DNA from: a virus | Length of the DNA stretch: 64,000 nucleotides | Virus record (IMG/VR): IMGVR_UViG_3300044835_000075 | Location: 1 to 64,000 of that record | Reading direction: 5' to 3' (one strand) | Program-made: the position numbers and the translations under genes | Shown here: positions 45,002 to 54,379 of the stretch, in pieces | Position numbering within the stretch: position 1 is the stretch's first letter | Layout: every line of letters starts with the position of its first letter | Notes under the pieces: generated by a model | Told to the model about the DNA's origin: nothing | The model's input: the letters and a program-made list of their open reading frames with translations, nothing else | Databases searched by the model: none

Positions 45002-45633
45002 GTGATCACCTCCCCTGCTGCCTTGCGCACGACCAGGGCTTCGAGGTCGGCGAGAGTGAGCTGGATCATCGGCTCCGGCGAGTCCGAATACATCAGGCGA
45101 CCGAGGCGCACGCCGACCTCTTCCGCGACCCGCTCGATCGCCTCATAGCGCCTGAGGGCCTCCAGCTGCCTGTCCCGCTTCTCCTGCGCGGCGGCGCGGG
45201 CGGCCAACGACTCCTCGGCTCGCTTGATCGCGGCGGGCTGGTAGGCGCCGACGACCTTGCGGGCAGAGAGGGTCTTCCACACCCAGCCCTCGGGGGCGGG
45301 CTCACGGGGCAGGTCGACCTCCTCCCCGTTCTCGATCCGCTCCCCCAGCGCGAAGGCCACCCTGCGGTGCTCGTCGGTGACGGGGTCGTTCGCCGTGGTC
45401 TCCAGCACCGCCCAGTGCGCGATGTCCTTGACCATCTCGCCGGTCGCGGCGAGCAGGAGGAATTCCGCGTAGTTCCCGACATCGGTGCGGTGGTGGTAGA
45501 CGCGCTTCTCCTTGAGCCTTGTCGACACCCACAGCGGCCCGATGGCTAATGCGGGCATGAGCTTGGGCTTGATGGCCCAGCCGTTTTCCTCGTAGCCGAC
45601 CAGGAGGCCGGGCAGAACGTCCTTTTTGCGCAT
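44998..45633 (-). CDS. Hypothetical protein
   Basis: SD AGGAGG. Confidence 0.65.
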   Translation of the reverse strand: MRKKDVLPGLLVGYEENGWAIKPKLMPALAIGPLWVSTRLKEKRVYHHRTDVGNYAEFLLLAATGEMVKDIAHWAVLETTANDPVTDEHRRVAFALGERIENGEEVDLPREPAPEGWVWKTLSARKVVGAYQPAAIKRAEESLAARAAAQEKRDRQLEALRRYEAIERVAEEVGVRLGRLMYSDSPEPMIQLTLADLEALVVRKAAGEVIT

Positions 45634-45643
45634 GGTGTGCCTC

Positions 45644-45994
45644 CTAGGCGTGGATGGGAGTGAGGTCGGTGATCTGTCCGTTTCGGACGATGACGTAGCG
45701 GTTGCGTCCAGCGGCGGATCCGGCTTCGAGGGCGGGGATCCCGGCGGCGGCAAGGGCTTTGTTGCACTCGTCGAGCTGGGCGTTCCCGTGTCGCATGTAG
45801 ACCAGCGTGGCGGGGTCGGTGGCGACGATGAGGGTGTTCCAGGTGTAGCGGCCCCGGGTGCGCGTCTGAGTGAGGTGGACGTAGCCGGGCCGATTTCCGG
45901 TGGGCGGGACGACCTCGTCCACTACCCAGGTGCCGCCTCGGCCGGTCACGGTCACGGTGTCGTCGGCGGCGATGTCGGGGCCTCGGAAGGCCAT
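45644..45994 (-). CDS. Hypothetical protein
   Basis: Promoter copy and SD. Confidence 0.65.
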   Translation of the reverse strand: MAFRGPDIAADDTVTVTGRGGTWVVDEVVPPTGNRPGYVHLTQTRTRGRYTWNTLIVATDPATLVYMRHGNAQLDECNKALAAAGIPALEAGSAAGRNRYVIVRNGQITDLTPIHA

Positions 45995-46029
45995 GGTCTT
46001 CTCCTCGGGTTCGTCGGGCGGAACGTAGT

Positions 46030-46059
46030 TAGCTAACCACGCTCCGCCCGGCTTGTCAA
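46030..46059 (-). promoter_or_regulatory. Promoter/operator repeat, class B
   Basis: TTGACA AGCCG-N9-TGGTT AGCTA. Confidence 0.8.
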
Positions 46060-46069
46060 CCCGGTGGTG

Positions 46070-46387
46070 CTAGTGGAAGGCGGGGACTTCCTCGTCGGCC
46101 GAGTAACCCTCGACCGGCGAGGCATCCACGGCGTCGGTATCGACGTCGGGCTGCCCGTCCTCGTCGTCGCCCTCGGTCGCGGCGACGTCGACACCCTGCG
46201 CGGCCTGGACGGCCTTCGAGATGTGCGAGACGCGGCACGCGTAGAACTCCGCATTGCCGCCGTCGGGCAGGTTCACCAGGCCGCTGGTGCCCTTGGACGG
46301 CGGACGGCCGTCCTCGTCCGGCCGGGCGACGTCGCACTCGGGTGCGTCGCATCCGTACATGACGACCTCTTTGGTCGATGTGGCCAT
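46070..46387 (-). CDS. Hypothetical protein with acidic tail
   Basis: Degenerate promoter copy; SD GAGG. Confidence 0.6.
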   Translation of the reverse strand: MATSTKEVVMYGCDAPECDVARPDEDGRPPSKGTSGLVNLPDGGNAEFYACRVSHISKAVQAAQGVDVAATEGDDEDGQPDVDTDAVDASPVEGYSADEEVPAFH

Positions 46388-46443
46388 GGAATATTCCTCT
46401 CATCGTTGCCCGTCCGCGCGGTGCGGACGGCGCGGGACCCCGA

Positions 46444-46473
46444 TAGTTAACCACGTCGGGCGCGGCTTGCGAA
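46444..46473 (-). promoter_or_regulatory. Promoter/operator repeat with degenerate -35
   Basis: TTCGCA AGCCG-N9-TGGTT AACTA. Confidence 0.65.
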
Positions 46474-46475
46474 AC

Positions 46476-47504
46476 TCAGCCGACGCGGTAGACCCGGTGG
46501 GGCGGCCGGTAGTCCGGCGGATCCTCCGGCCCGTACTCGTAGGACTCGATCGTCACCGTCTTGCGCAGGCTCCGACCGGGCCCGTACGCCTGCTGGCGGG
46601 TGTGTTCGCGAACGTGCACCCGGTGTTCCACCGGCGCCCGCGTGCCCGGCGTGCGATCGGGATCCGGTTCCACGCGGCGACGCGGCGAATGCAGCGCGAC
46701 CTCGCACACGGTGGGCGACGTGAGGCCCTCGTTGCGGGCCCGGCGGGCGGCGGTCTTGCGGACATGCTCCTGGCCCGGCAAGGCACCGGGCGCCTCGGGG
46801 ATGCGACCCATGAGGTCCCACAGGCCCATGATCATGCGGCCGATGGAGACCACCAGGTCTTGCGGGACCTCGCCGCGTGCGCGGATCTGGGCCTTGTTCA
46901 CTTCTTTCACCTCGATAATCATCTGTCCGGCGGGGAGTTCGTTGAAGTAGTGGACGAACTGGATCGGGAAGTACAGGCCTCCTCGGCGCAGGCGGGGCAG
47001 GTCGCCGCGCTTCTCCGCGTCACGCAGGATGACCTTGCTGTAGTAGTCCGGTTCACGGTTCGCGTCGTTCCACAGCAGTGCCATGGTCCCGAAGCGGGGT
47101 TCGCTGTCGCTGGTGCTGTCGATGTAGGCCAGCGGCACCCAGGTGATCACGTGCACGAGCTGCTCACGGCCACTGTTCTCGGTGAACGCGAAGGGCTTTT
47201 CCAGCACCGCGACACCCATCGGGTGCGGGGGTGGAAAGTGTCCGGCGACCATGTCGTCGGAGTGGGACTCGGCGGTCGGCCGGATCGCGTCGGTGACGGA
47301 TTCACGGACGCGGTAGGTGGTGGCTTCGCCCAGGACGGCGCGGAACGACTCGGAGGCGGAGACGGTTCCGTGCTCGGCGTTCTCGGCGGTCGGCAATCCT
47401 GCCTCGACAGCGGCGTTGTCGACGAGCCGGGTGATGATGTTGCCGGGCTCGTTGAACCGCGCGAACAGGTCGAGGTGGATGTCGAGCACCTCTTCCGCGC
47501 GCAT
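46476..47504 (-). CDS. Hypothetical protein with C-terminal H.VREH.R.Q.YGPG..RK motif
   Basis: TGATG coupling; basic His-containing C-terminal motif. Confidence 0.65.
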   Translation of the reverse strand: MRAEEVLDIHLDLFARFNEPGNIITRLVDNAAVEAGLPTAENAEHGTVSASESFRAVLGEATTYRVRESVTDAIRPTAESHSDDMVAGHFPPPHPMGVAVLEKPFAFTENSGREQLVHVITWVPLAYIDSTSDSEPRFGTMALLWNDANREPDYYSKVILRDAEKRGDLPRLRRGGLYFPIQFVHYFNELPAGQMIIEVKEVNKAQIRARGEVPQDLVVSIGRMIMGLWDLMGRIPEAPGALPGQEHVRKTAARRARNEGLTSPTVCEVALHSPRRRVEPDPDRTPGTRAPVEHRVHVREHTRQQAYGPGRSLRKTVTIESYEYGPEDPPDYRPPHRVYRVG

Positions 47505-48151
47505 CAGCGGGCGCCGAACGCGGCCGCGAAGCCGCCGGGGAGGTACTTGTCGGCGGCCTCGCCGGGGGTGAGCGGCTCACCGGCGACGATGTAGGCGGTG
47601 CGGCCCTGGTGCTGGCCGATCTCCCAGGCGATGCCGTGGGCGGCGAAGAACTCACGGAGCTGGGTGGCGATCGACCGGCGGGTCCGCGTGACGGTGACGC
47701 CGGGGGTCGGCCGGTCGGCGGCGAGGATCGCGGCGCACTCGGCGTCGACGATCTCCTCGTAGCCCTTCTGGAAGGCGAGCATGATCTCTGTGCCGCCGCC
47801 GCCGACGGGGATGCCGTCGAGCGCGGCCATGACGACCGGGTTGAGGGCGGGCGCGCCGTGCTGGCCGTCGCGGCGGGCTTGGCGGCCGACCTCGACGAAG
47901 TCGGTGACCGGCGCGGCGACGGGCTCGGTGTGCAGGACGAACCAGCGGTTGCCGTGGATGTTGATGTTGTAGGTGCCGTTCTCGTTGTCTACGAGCCGGG
48001 CGAAGTCGTAGGTAGCGAGGTCATGCCACGCGCCTTCGGTGTTGACGATGGGGACCATCGCGCCCCGGTTCTGGTCGTACATGGTGATGTGGTCGATCGT
48101 GGCCTTGAGGGCGGCGATCTTGCGGGTGGCGGTGCGGGCGATGGTCTTCAC
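47504..48151 (-). CDS. Hypothetical protein
   Basis: Promoter copy and SD AAGGAG. Confidence 0.65.
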   Translation of the reverse strand: MKTIARTATRKIAALKATIDHITMYDQNRGAMVPIVNTEGAWHDLATYDFARLVDNENGTYNINIHGNRWFVLHTEPVAAPVTDFVEVGRQARRDGQHGAPALNPVVMAALDGIPVGGGGTEIMLAFQKGYEEIVDAECAAILAADRPTPGVTVTRTRRSIATQLREFFAAHGIAWEIGQHQGRTAYIVAGEPLTPGEAADKYLPGGFAAAFGAR

Positions 48152-48185
48152 GGTAACTCCTTCGGGCTGTCGAGCGGAACACCAA

Positions 48186-48215
48186 TAGATAACCATGCTC
48201 AGCGGGGCTTGTCAA
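48186..48215 (-). promoter_or_regulatory. Promoter/operator repeat, class B
   Basis: TTGACA AGCCC-N9-TGGTT ATCTA. Confidence 0.8.
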
Positions 48216-48232
48216 CTGTGTTACCGTGAGCC

Positions 48233-48856
48233 ATGCGAATTTACGCACCCCTGGTGCTCATAGCCCTCGCCCTCGCCGGATGCACACCGACCGGCGTCGC
48301 CGACACCCTCACCGCCCCGCCGACCGGCACCCTCTCCCAGCTGACCGTCAACGACGGTCACGCGCCGAGCGGCTACGTCCGCAGCCTGTTCGGCACCGCG
48401 TGGGCCGACACCGACCACAACGGGTGCGACCAGCGCGAAGACGTCCTCATCCGCGACACCGGCGCGGTCAAGACCACGCGCAAGGGCAGCTGCTACGCCG
48501 ACGCCTCCGCGATCCACTACGCGAGTCCGTACACGGGGCAAGTCCTCACCGTGCGGGCCACGATCCAGATCGACCACATCGTGCCGCTGGGCGACGCGTG
48601 GAAGTCCGGCGCGAATGCCTGGACTCCGGCGCAGCGTCTCGCGTTCGCGACCGACGAGACGAACCTGTGGGCCGTGGACGGGAAGTCGAACGAGGCCAAG
48701 AGCGACAAGACGCCGGATGCGTGGAAGCCGCCGCTGCACGCGACGTGGTGCGCCTACGCCCAGCGCTACATCGCCAGCAAGGTCAAGTACCACCTGAGCG
48801 TGACGTCGGCGTCGCGCGACGCGCTGGGCTCGATGCTCGGGACCTGCTCGGGATAG
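48233..48856 (+). CDS. Secreted HNH nuclease (DUF1524-type) lipoprotein
   Basis: Lipobox LAGC; CDQREDVL, IDHIVPL, NLWAVDGKSNEAKSD, W.PP..WCAYA. Confidence 0.85.
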   Translation: MRIYAPLVLIALALAGCTPTGVADTLTAPPTGTLSQLTVNDGHAPSGYVRSLFGTAWADTDHNGCDQREDVLIRDTGAVKTTRKGSCYADASAIHYASPYTGQVLTVRATIQIDHIVPLGDAWKSGANAWTPAQRLAFATDETNLWAVDGKSNEAKSDKTPDAWKPPLHATWCAYAQRYIASKVKYHLSVTSASRDALGSMLGTCSG

Positions 48857-48886
48857 TTGACAAGCCGGGGCGGGCATGGTTTACTT
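48857..48886 (+). promoter_or_regulatory. Promoter/operator repeat, class B
   Basis: TTGACA AGCCG-N9-TGGTT TACTT. Confidence 0.8.
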
Positions 48887-48891
48887 ATCTC

Positions 48892-49125
48892 ATGACCACG
48901 AACGAGACCCCCGCCCCGGCCCGCACCGTCCGCAACGACCTCCCCGTCATCGCCGCCGCCCTCGTCATCCTGGCCCTCGTCTTCATCTTCCCGGCCACCC
49001 GCCACATCGTCGTCCCCGCACTCACCACCGCCTGGACCGTCCTGTTCAACTACCTCGTCACCGCCGTCGGCACCGTCATCGGCGGCGTGGTCCTCCTGTT
49101 CGACGCCGTCACCGGACTGCTCTGA
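48892..49125 (+). CDS. Small membrane protein (leaderless)
   Basis: Hydrophobic; ATG 10 nt after dyad. Confidence 0.6.
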   Translation: MTTNETPAPARTVRNDLPVIAAALVILALVFIFPATRHIVVPALTTAWTVLFNYLVTAVGTVIGGVVLLFDAVTGLL

Positions 49126-49610
49126 TGCGCCGGTGGGTGCTCGGCAAACTCGGCGCACTCGCCTGGCTCGACGACCTGACCGAGTTCGGCCGCCGCGTGC
49201 TGGAGGCAGAAGACCGCCGCGACCGGTGGCGCGCCCGCGCCGAGGAAGCCGAAGCACGGGTCGCTCTCACCGAACAGGACACAGCCGCCGCGATCCGGCT
49301 GCTCGTCGAGCCTCCGCCGACGCTGAAATGCATCAAGATCCGGTGCTACAGCCAGGACATCGCCGACAAACTCGCACGCAGCGTCGAACGGCAATCCCGC
49401 TGGGAGCCGAACGCGATGCACGCCTACAAGTGCGACCGGTGCCCGCTGCAACCCGTCACCGGCGAACGCTGGTGGCACATCGCGATGACCGACCCTTCGA
49501 TGCGCGGGAACGGCAAGTTCGAGCACTGGAACCGGCCCCTGCACCAGCACCCGATCCAGTCCGAGCAAGGCGATGCGCTGCGCGCCCGGCTGTTCGGCGA
49601 AGCCGGATGA
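49125..49610 (+). CDS. Hypothetical protein (AYKC..C..WWH motif)
   Basis: TGATG coupling. Confidence 0.6.
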   Translation: MRRWVLGKLGALAWLDDLTEFGRRVLEAEDRRDRWRARAEEAEARVALTEQDTAAAIRLLVEPPPTLKCIKIRCYSQDIADKLARSVERQSRWEPNAMHAYKCDRCPLQPVTGERWWHIAMTDPSMRGNGKFEHWNRPLHQHPIQSEQGDALRARLFGEAG

Positions 49611-49810
49611 GTCGCCGCGTCCAGCTGGTCAACCCGTTCACCTCGCCACCCCGGGTGCTCGTCCTCATCCTGCTCTTCCCCGCCGTCGCCTTCACCCTGG
49701 CCGTGGTCATCATGGCGATCAACCCGGTCGCCGGGTACGACTACCCCGTCACCCCGCTCGCCCCGCCGACCGTCACCCGGACGATCGTGCACTCCCCCGT
49801 GGACCGCTAG
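49607..49810 (+). CDS. Small membrane protein
   Basis: ATGA coupling; one TM. Confidence 0.5.
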   Translation: MSRRVQLVNPFTSPPRVLVLILLFPAVAFTLAVVIMAINPVAGYDYPVTPLAPPTVTRTIVHSPVDR

Positions 49811-49819
49811 GAGCCCGCC

Positions 49820-49969
49820 ATGAAGGAAGTACCCCCCGAGATCGCCGAACTGGTGAAGTCGCTCGGCGCCGCCATCGCGGCCGCGACCGAGGAATTCGAC
49901 GCGCTCTGCGAGAAGCTCGACGAGATAGACCCGCGCTGGGACAGCGCCGAAGCGTCCGAAGGGAACTAG
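49820..49969 (+). CDS. 49-aa acidic microprotein
   Basis: SD AGGAG. Confidence 0.5.
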   Translation: MKEVPPEIAELVKSLGAAIAAATEEFDALCEKLDEIDPRWDSAEASEGN

Positions 49970-49972
49970 GCG

Positions 49973-50302
49973 ATGCACCTCGACAAAAAGCCCACCGTCA
50001 CCCTGACTCCCGGTACCTACGTCAAGCACATGCGCTGCTGGTACCTGCTCACCGGCGTCCTCGCGCACGGCGAAGGCGAGCACCGGTTCCAGGCGCTCAC
50101 GCCGGAAGGTGTGGTCGTGGCGATCAGCATCTACCAGGGCATGACCGAAGTCGGCGCGCCGAACTGGCTGCCCGGCCCGTTCACCCCCGCGACGCTGCGC
50201 TTGCGGGCCCGCAAGGATGACGAGAAAGCGGTGATGTACGCCGAGGCCGCGCGGTCGCGGCGCACGTTGGCCGACCGGCTGGACCCGCTCGGCCGATCGT
50301 AA
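49973..50302 (+). CDS. Hypothetical protein
   Basis: SD AAGGG; terminator 50315-50352 follows. Confidence 0.6.
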   Translation: MHLDKKPTVTLTPGTYVKHMRCWYLLTGVLAHGEGEHRFQALTPEGVVVAISIYQGMTEVGAPNWLPGPFTPATLRLRARKDDEKAVMYAEAARSRRTLADRLDPLGRS

Positions 50303-50362
50303 TCCGGATACGACAGAAGCCCCTCCCGACTGCTGCACGGGAGGGGCTTCTGTGCGTCGAGG

Positions 50363-51106
50363 CTACGCCCTAGGGACGGGGCAGGTCACATCCCCGTTTT
50401 GTTTAAGCAGGTAGGTAAACTGCTTAACCGTCATCCGGAACCGGCCCTTGTCGCCCCAGGTGTCCGACCACGAGTTGTCGAACGTGAGCACCCCGGCCGA
50501 CAGGGTCTTGCCGGGCTCGTACTCGCGACACATGATCTCGTGGCCACCCTCGACCTTGCCGGACAGGGAGACGAATCCCTTCGAGTCGGGCTGGTCCATG
50601 CCGGAGAGCCACACCGTGCCGAAGATGAACGGGGCGCGTTCGAGCGCGGCCAGCGCGGCCGAGACGCTGAACGCGTGCTCGTAGCGGTCAATGATGCCTC
50701 GGTTTTTCAGGACCGTAGCGATGGCCAGACCGTTCGATCCGGTGTCCATCGGGGGATAACTTCCCGGCTGGTCGTCGGCCTTGGTGGCGTCGCTGTAGAG
50801 CTTGACGGCGTAGGCCTCATTGAGTGAGAGCCCGCGTACCGGGGTCGTATCGAAGAACGGTTCGCAGCCGAGCATCCCGGTGCCCGCGTTGCCGGTGCAG
50901 GATCCGAGGTTGCCCTGGTCGAGGATCGGGGTGCGGCGCTCGTGCAGGATGGCGACCGGCTTCGGCGCGGACGCGTGCATGACGGGGTAGGCGAGTGATC
51001 GGGGGTCGTGTCTGACGTAGCGGCCGAGGGCCATTCCTTCGGGGCGCGGACGGCCCGGGATCAATGCGACAATTGGGTCGTGACCTGGGATTTCTTCGAG
51101 GTTCAT
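50363..51106 (-). CDS. Papain-like (C1) cysteine peptidase
   Basis: DQGNLGSCTGNA, GGHEI, NSWSDTWGDKG catalytic motifs. Confidence 0.88.
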   Translation of the reverse strand: MNLEEIPGHDPIVALIPGRPRPEGMALGRYVRHDPRSLAYPVMHASAPKPVAILHERRTPILDQGNLGSCTGNAGTGMLGCEPFFDTTPVRGLSLNEAYAVKLYSDATKADDQPGSYPPMDTGSNGLAIATVLKNRGIIDRYEHAFSVSAALAALERAPFIFGTVWLSGMDQPDSKGFVSLSGKVEGGHEIMCREYEPGKTLSAGVLTFDNSWSDTWGDKGRFRMTVKQFTYLLKQNGDVTCPVPRA

Positions 51107-51158
51107 GGGTTCAGCGTCGCATCGGTTGCGGGCATCTGGTCGGCGGCGCGCCGGTGAG

Positions 51159-51188
51159 TTGACTAGCCGCCGTCATGGTGGTTTACTT
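51159..51188 (+). promoter_or_regulatory. Promoter/operator repeat, class B
   Basis: TTGACT AGCCG-N9-TGGTT TACTT. Confidence 0.8.
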
Positions 51189-51230
51189 ACCATCCTACCC
51201 GTTCCGCATCCCGAGCCCGAAAGGTCCGCA

Positions 51231-51665
51231 ATGGACGCCTTCTTCAAGTTCATCACCGACAACCTCGGATGGATCATCGTCCTCCTGTTCGTGTTCGGCG
51301 GCGCCATCCTGGAGGTCTTCTCCGACTGGATCGGCGCACTCGTCAAAAGCCTGTCCGGGCGCGGGAAGAACCGGCAACTCAAGGCCTCGATCAAAGCCAA
51401 GGACGCCGAACTGGCGCGGGCGCACGACCTGCTCACCGCCATGGGGCCGGGGCGGGCGATCGTGATGCCGCCGCCGGATCCCCGCATCGAGACGGCCGCG
51501 CGGATGGCTCGTCTGCTCGACAAGGTGCAGGAGGCCGACACCGCGCTACCGCAGCTGAACAGCGAGTTGCGCGCGCAGATCGACGCCGAGCTTGAGCAGT
51601 TCCACGTCCAGCCTGACCCGCTGGTCATGCCCGACTGGTCCGCCCGGAAGCATCGGCGCCGGTAG
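51231..51665 (+). CDS. Membrane-anchored coiled-coil protein
   Basis: N-terminal TM; promoter copy. Confidence 0.65.
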   Translation: MDAFFKFITDNLGWIIVLLFVFGGAILEVFSDWIGALVKSLSGRGKNRQLKASIKAKDAELARAHDLLTAMGPGRAIVMPPPDPRIETAARMARLLDKVQEADTALPQLNSELRAQIDAELEQFHVQPDPLVMPDWSARKHRRR

Positions 51666-51695
51666 TTGACAAGCCGGGCTCACGGTGGTTTACTT
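51666..51695 (+). promoter_or_regulatory. Promoter/operator repeat, class B
   Basis: TTGACA AGCCG-N9-TGGTT TACTT. Confidence 0.8.
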
Positions 51696-51700
51696 ACCTC

Positions 51701-52195
51701 ATGACCGAGACGCGCACCGCCCCCGCCACCGCCCCTCGATTCCGCTACATCGGAACGACAGACGAGTGCGTGGATTGCGAGCGCCCCGGCTGCCCGAAGG
51801 TCAACCTCAAGGCCACCATCGTGCTGATGATGCTCGACGCGGAAGGCAACGACGACGACGTCACCTACTACGGCTCGACCTGCGCGGCCAAAGTGCTCGG
51901 CATGACCGGCCGGGGGCAGGGCGCGAAGGTGCTCGACAAGGCCCGCTTCGCCCACCAGAAGACCATTGAGGCCGCGAAAGACGCGCGCCGGATGCTCGGC
52001 CACTACGGCCTTCCGGAGACCGGTCAGCCGGACGTCGAGGCCATGATGACCGCCGTCGACCGCTTCCAGGACGCGCACCGAGTGGCCATCTGGTTCAACG
52101 AGAAGACGCGCGGCGACTGGTTCGACATGGTCCGCGACATGCTCGCGCGGCGACAGGCGCAGATCGCGGACGCGAAGCTGATCGGCTTCGCCTGA
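51701..52195 (+). CDS. Zn-binding hypothetical protein (leaderless)
   Basis: CVDC..C..YYGSTCA. Confidence 0.7.
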   Translation: MTETRTAPATAPRFRYIGTTDECVDCERPGCPKVNLKATIVLMMLDAEGNDDDVTYYGSTCAAKVLGMTGRGQGAKVLDKARFAHQKTIEAAKDARRMLGHYGLPETGQPDVEAMMTAVDRFQDAHRVAIWFNEKTRGDWFDMVRDMLARRQAQIADAKLIGFA

Positions 52196-52252
52196 TCCAC
52201 CCGGCCGGGGGCATCCGCCTCCGGCCTCGCTTCCCCAAACCCGGAGGGCATC

Positions 52253-52528
52253 ATGCACACCGCTTATATCAACGTCTCCCGGCACTACAGTCTGCGCGGC
52301 GACATCCGCACCAACCGGGAAATCCAGGTCGAGTCCGGTCCCGACGAGGGCCGCACCCAGACCGATGACGCCGCAACGTCGATCCAGGTTTTCAGCTGCA
52401 CCACCGGTGCCCCGATCGGCGGGCAGAGTGTGCTCGACCTTGCGCAGCTGACCGAGTTGCGCGACGCGCTGAGTGCGCGAATCGCCGAGTTGGCTCCAGC
52501 TGCCGAACCCGCCCGCGACGCCGACTGA
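52253..52528 (+). CDS. Hypothetical protein
   Basis: SD GGAGG. Confidence 0.6.
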   Translation: MHTAYINVSRHYSLRGDIRTNREIQVESGPDEGRTQTDDAATSIQVFSCTTGAPIGGQSVLDLAQLTELRDALSARIAELAPAAEPARDAD

Positions 52529-52749
52529 TGGGCGCGCTCAACCGCCGCCACCGAACAGCCGACATCGACAAGATCACGTTGAGCGCGGAGACGCTACTGG
52601 TGCTGCCCGCCGTCGCCGACTTCCTCGACGAGACAGGCAAGGGGATGCGGCTCAAGGCTGAACGGGAAGGCCTCTCGCTGGCCGCCGACATCCTGCGCGC
52701 CGAGTTGCTCGGCCCCGCGCTCGGCCTGTCTGCCCCGGGCGCCGACTGA
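52528..52749 (+). CDS. Hypothetical protein
   Basis: TGATG coupling at both ends. Confidence 0.55.
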   Translation: MGALNRRHRTADIDKITLSAETLLVLPAVADFLDETGKGMRLKAEREGLSLAADILRAELLGPALGLSAPGAD

Positions 52750-53153
52750 TGGCCGTGACGTTCGCCGCGTTCATGCTCGCGATGCTCACCGCCCACCAGC
52801 TCGGCGACCACTGGGTGCAGACCGACCACCAGGCCAACGGGAAGGGCGCCCGGGACTTCACCGGCGCCGTCCTGTGCGCGCGTCACGTCGGCACCTACAC
52901 GGCCACGACGGCCGTGTTCGGGGCGCTGGCGTGGTGGGTGCTCGACCTCGACATCACCGTCGTCGGATTCGTCGCCGGGCAGGCCGTGTCGGCGCTCACG
53001 CACTACTGGGCTGACCGGCGCTTCACGCTCAAGTGGCTTGCCCGCAAGACTCGGCACGGCGCGTACTACGACCGGGGCGGCGCATACCAGCTCGACCAGG
53101 CCTACCACTGGTCGTGGCTGTTCGTCGCGGCCCTGCTGACCGCTGCCCTGTGA
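52749..53153 (+). CDS. DUF3307 membrane protein
   Basis: AHQLGDHWVQTD, HV..Y, HYWAD, DQAYH. Confidence 0.8.
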   Translation: MAVTFAAFMLAMLTAHQLGDHWVQTDHQANGKGARDFTGAVLCARHVGTYTATTAVFGALAWWVLDLDITVVGFVAGQAVSALTHYWADRRFTLKWLARKTRHGAYYDRGGAYQLDQAYHWSWLFVAALLTAAL

Positions 53154-53207
53154 ATGCGGCAAACCCCCCTCGACCGAGACCAGGTGAGGGGGGTTTGTCG
53201 TCGGGTG

Positions 53208-53471
53208 TTACGCGTCGGGGGAGTCCGGCGCGTCGGGGGTGGGGTTCGCCGCAGGCGCGAGGCCGGAGAGCTTCGCGGTCTCCGCGCGGATCGCGTCGGC
53301 GGTCTCGCTGTCGATATTCTCGTCGGCTGCGACGATGGCGTCGATGCGCTGCCCGAGGGCGACGATGGCGGTGTCCTGCTCGGCAATGGCGTCCTGGGCT
53401 TCGGACATGTGGCGCTCCAGTCTGTCGATACGGTGGAAGATCCTGATTTTGCTGAGCAATCGCTCGAACAC
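53208..53471 (-). CDS. Small coiled-coil protein
   Basis: GC3-rich frame ending at terminator 53158-53198. Confidence 0.5.
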   Translation of the reverse strand: MFERLLSKIRIFHRIDRLERHMSEAQDAIAEQDTAIVALGQRIDAIVAADENIDSETADAIRAETAKLSGLAPAANPTPDAPDSPDA

Positions 53472-53522
53472 GGTGCCACGATACTCCGCCCTGGCCTGCG
53501 GGAAAGCCTTCGACGCGCCGAG

Positions 53523-53552
53523 TTGACAAGCCGCTGCCAGCATGGTTGAATA
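53523..53552 (+). promoter_or_regulatory. Promoter/operator repeat, class B
   Basis: TTGACA AGCCG-N9-TGGTT GAATA. Confidence 0.8.
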
Positions 53553-53586
53553 ATGATGTTCCGCAGACAACCCGAGGAGAACCGCC

Positions 53587-53844
53587 GTGGCCACCGAAAC
53601 CGCCCAGTACCTGACCATCGACGCCACCACCACCGTCAACGACGTCGGCCCCGAGACCATGGACGCCCTCGAAAAGGCCACCCTCGACATCGTCGACGGC
53701 TGGTACGAGGGCGTACAGATCGACTGGGAAGACGTCTGGGACCGCCTCGACAACGCCGACCTCCCCGACGACCGCAAACTCGACCTGATCGTCATCCACG
53801 GCCCCGTCGTCAACGCCCTCAAGCGCCGAATCTACGGCCGCTGA
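53587..53844 (+). CDS. Hypothetical protein
   Basis: Promoter copy and SD GAGGAG. Confidence 0.7.
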   Translation: MATETAQYLTIDATTTVNDVGPETMDALEKATLDIVDGWYEGVQIDWEDVWDRLDNADLPDDRKLDLIVIHGPVVNALKRRIYGR

Positions 53845-53876
53845 ACAGCACCCGACCTCGACCGAAAGAGACCGTC

Positions 53877-54125
53877 GTGACCACCTGCTTGTGGCACCGC
53901 GCCGTGCCCGCCGTCGTCATCTGGGAGACCCAGGCCTGCCAGCGGGTGCCGCTCTGCGGCGACTGCCTCACCGAATGGCGCAAGCGGTCCGCGACCACGC
54001 CGGAGACCGCGAAGATCTTCGGCTACCGCAAGCTCACCCATCTCAACCAGGACAACGAGGTGTCCGGCCAGATCGGCCGCCCCGTCCCGCTCACCTCCGC
54101 GCGCAAGCGCCGACCCCGAAAGTGA
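53877..54125 (+). CDS. Small Zn-binding hypothetical protein
   Basis: C.WH..LCGDC. Confidence 0.5.
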   Translation: MTTCLWHRAVPAVVIWETQACQRVPLCGDCLTEWRKRSATTPETAKIFGYRKLTHLNQDNEVSGQIGRPVPLTSARKRRPRK

Positions 54126-54379
54126 ACCCCGCCATGCTCCGCGCCGTCATCATGTTCACCACCGCAGCCGCCGCCGTCCTCGCGCTCACGGCCTGCCAGC
54201 CGAACGCCCGCGACAACTCCGACTCTGTGATCGGCCAGGTCAATGGCGGCCCCGGGCTCAAAGGCGACGCCTACGTCGAATGCGTCAACCCGGTGAACGT
54301 CTTCCACGTCTCCGTGGACCCGTCCCGCATCCACCTCATGCACGAGGGCGGCGTCTGCCCGGACGGACGGCACTGGTGA
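54122..54379 (+). CDS. Small lipoprotein
   Basis: Lipobox LTAC. Confidence 0.55.
   Translation: MNPAMLRAVIMFTTAAAAVLALTACQPNARDNSDSVIGQVNGGPGLKGDAYVECVNPVNVFHVSVDPSRIHLMHEGGVCPDGRHW

Noticed and set aside
36957-48856. DUF262 plus DUF1524 as a split GmrSD restriction system
   Set aside because: The genes are 11 kb apart, and the HNH protein has a lipoprotein signal typical of secreted nucleases.
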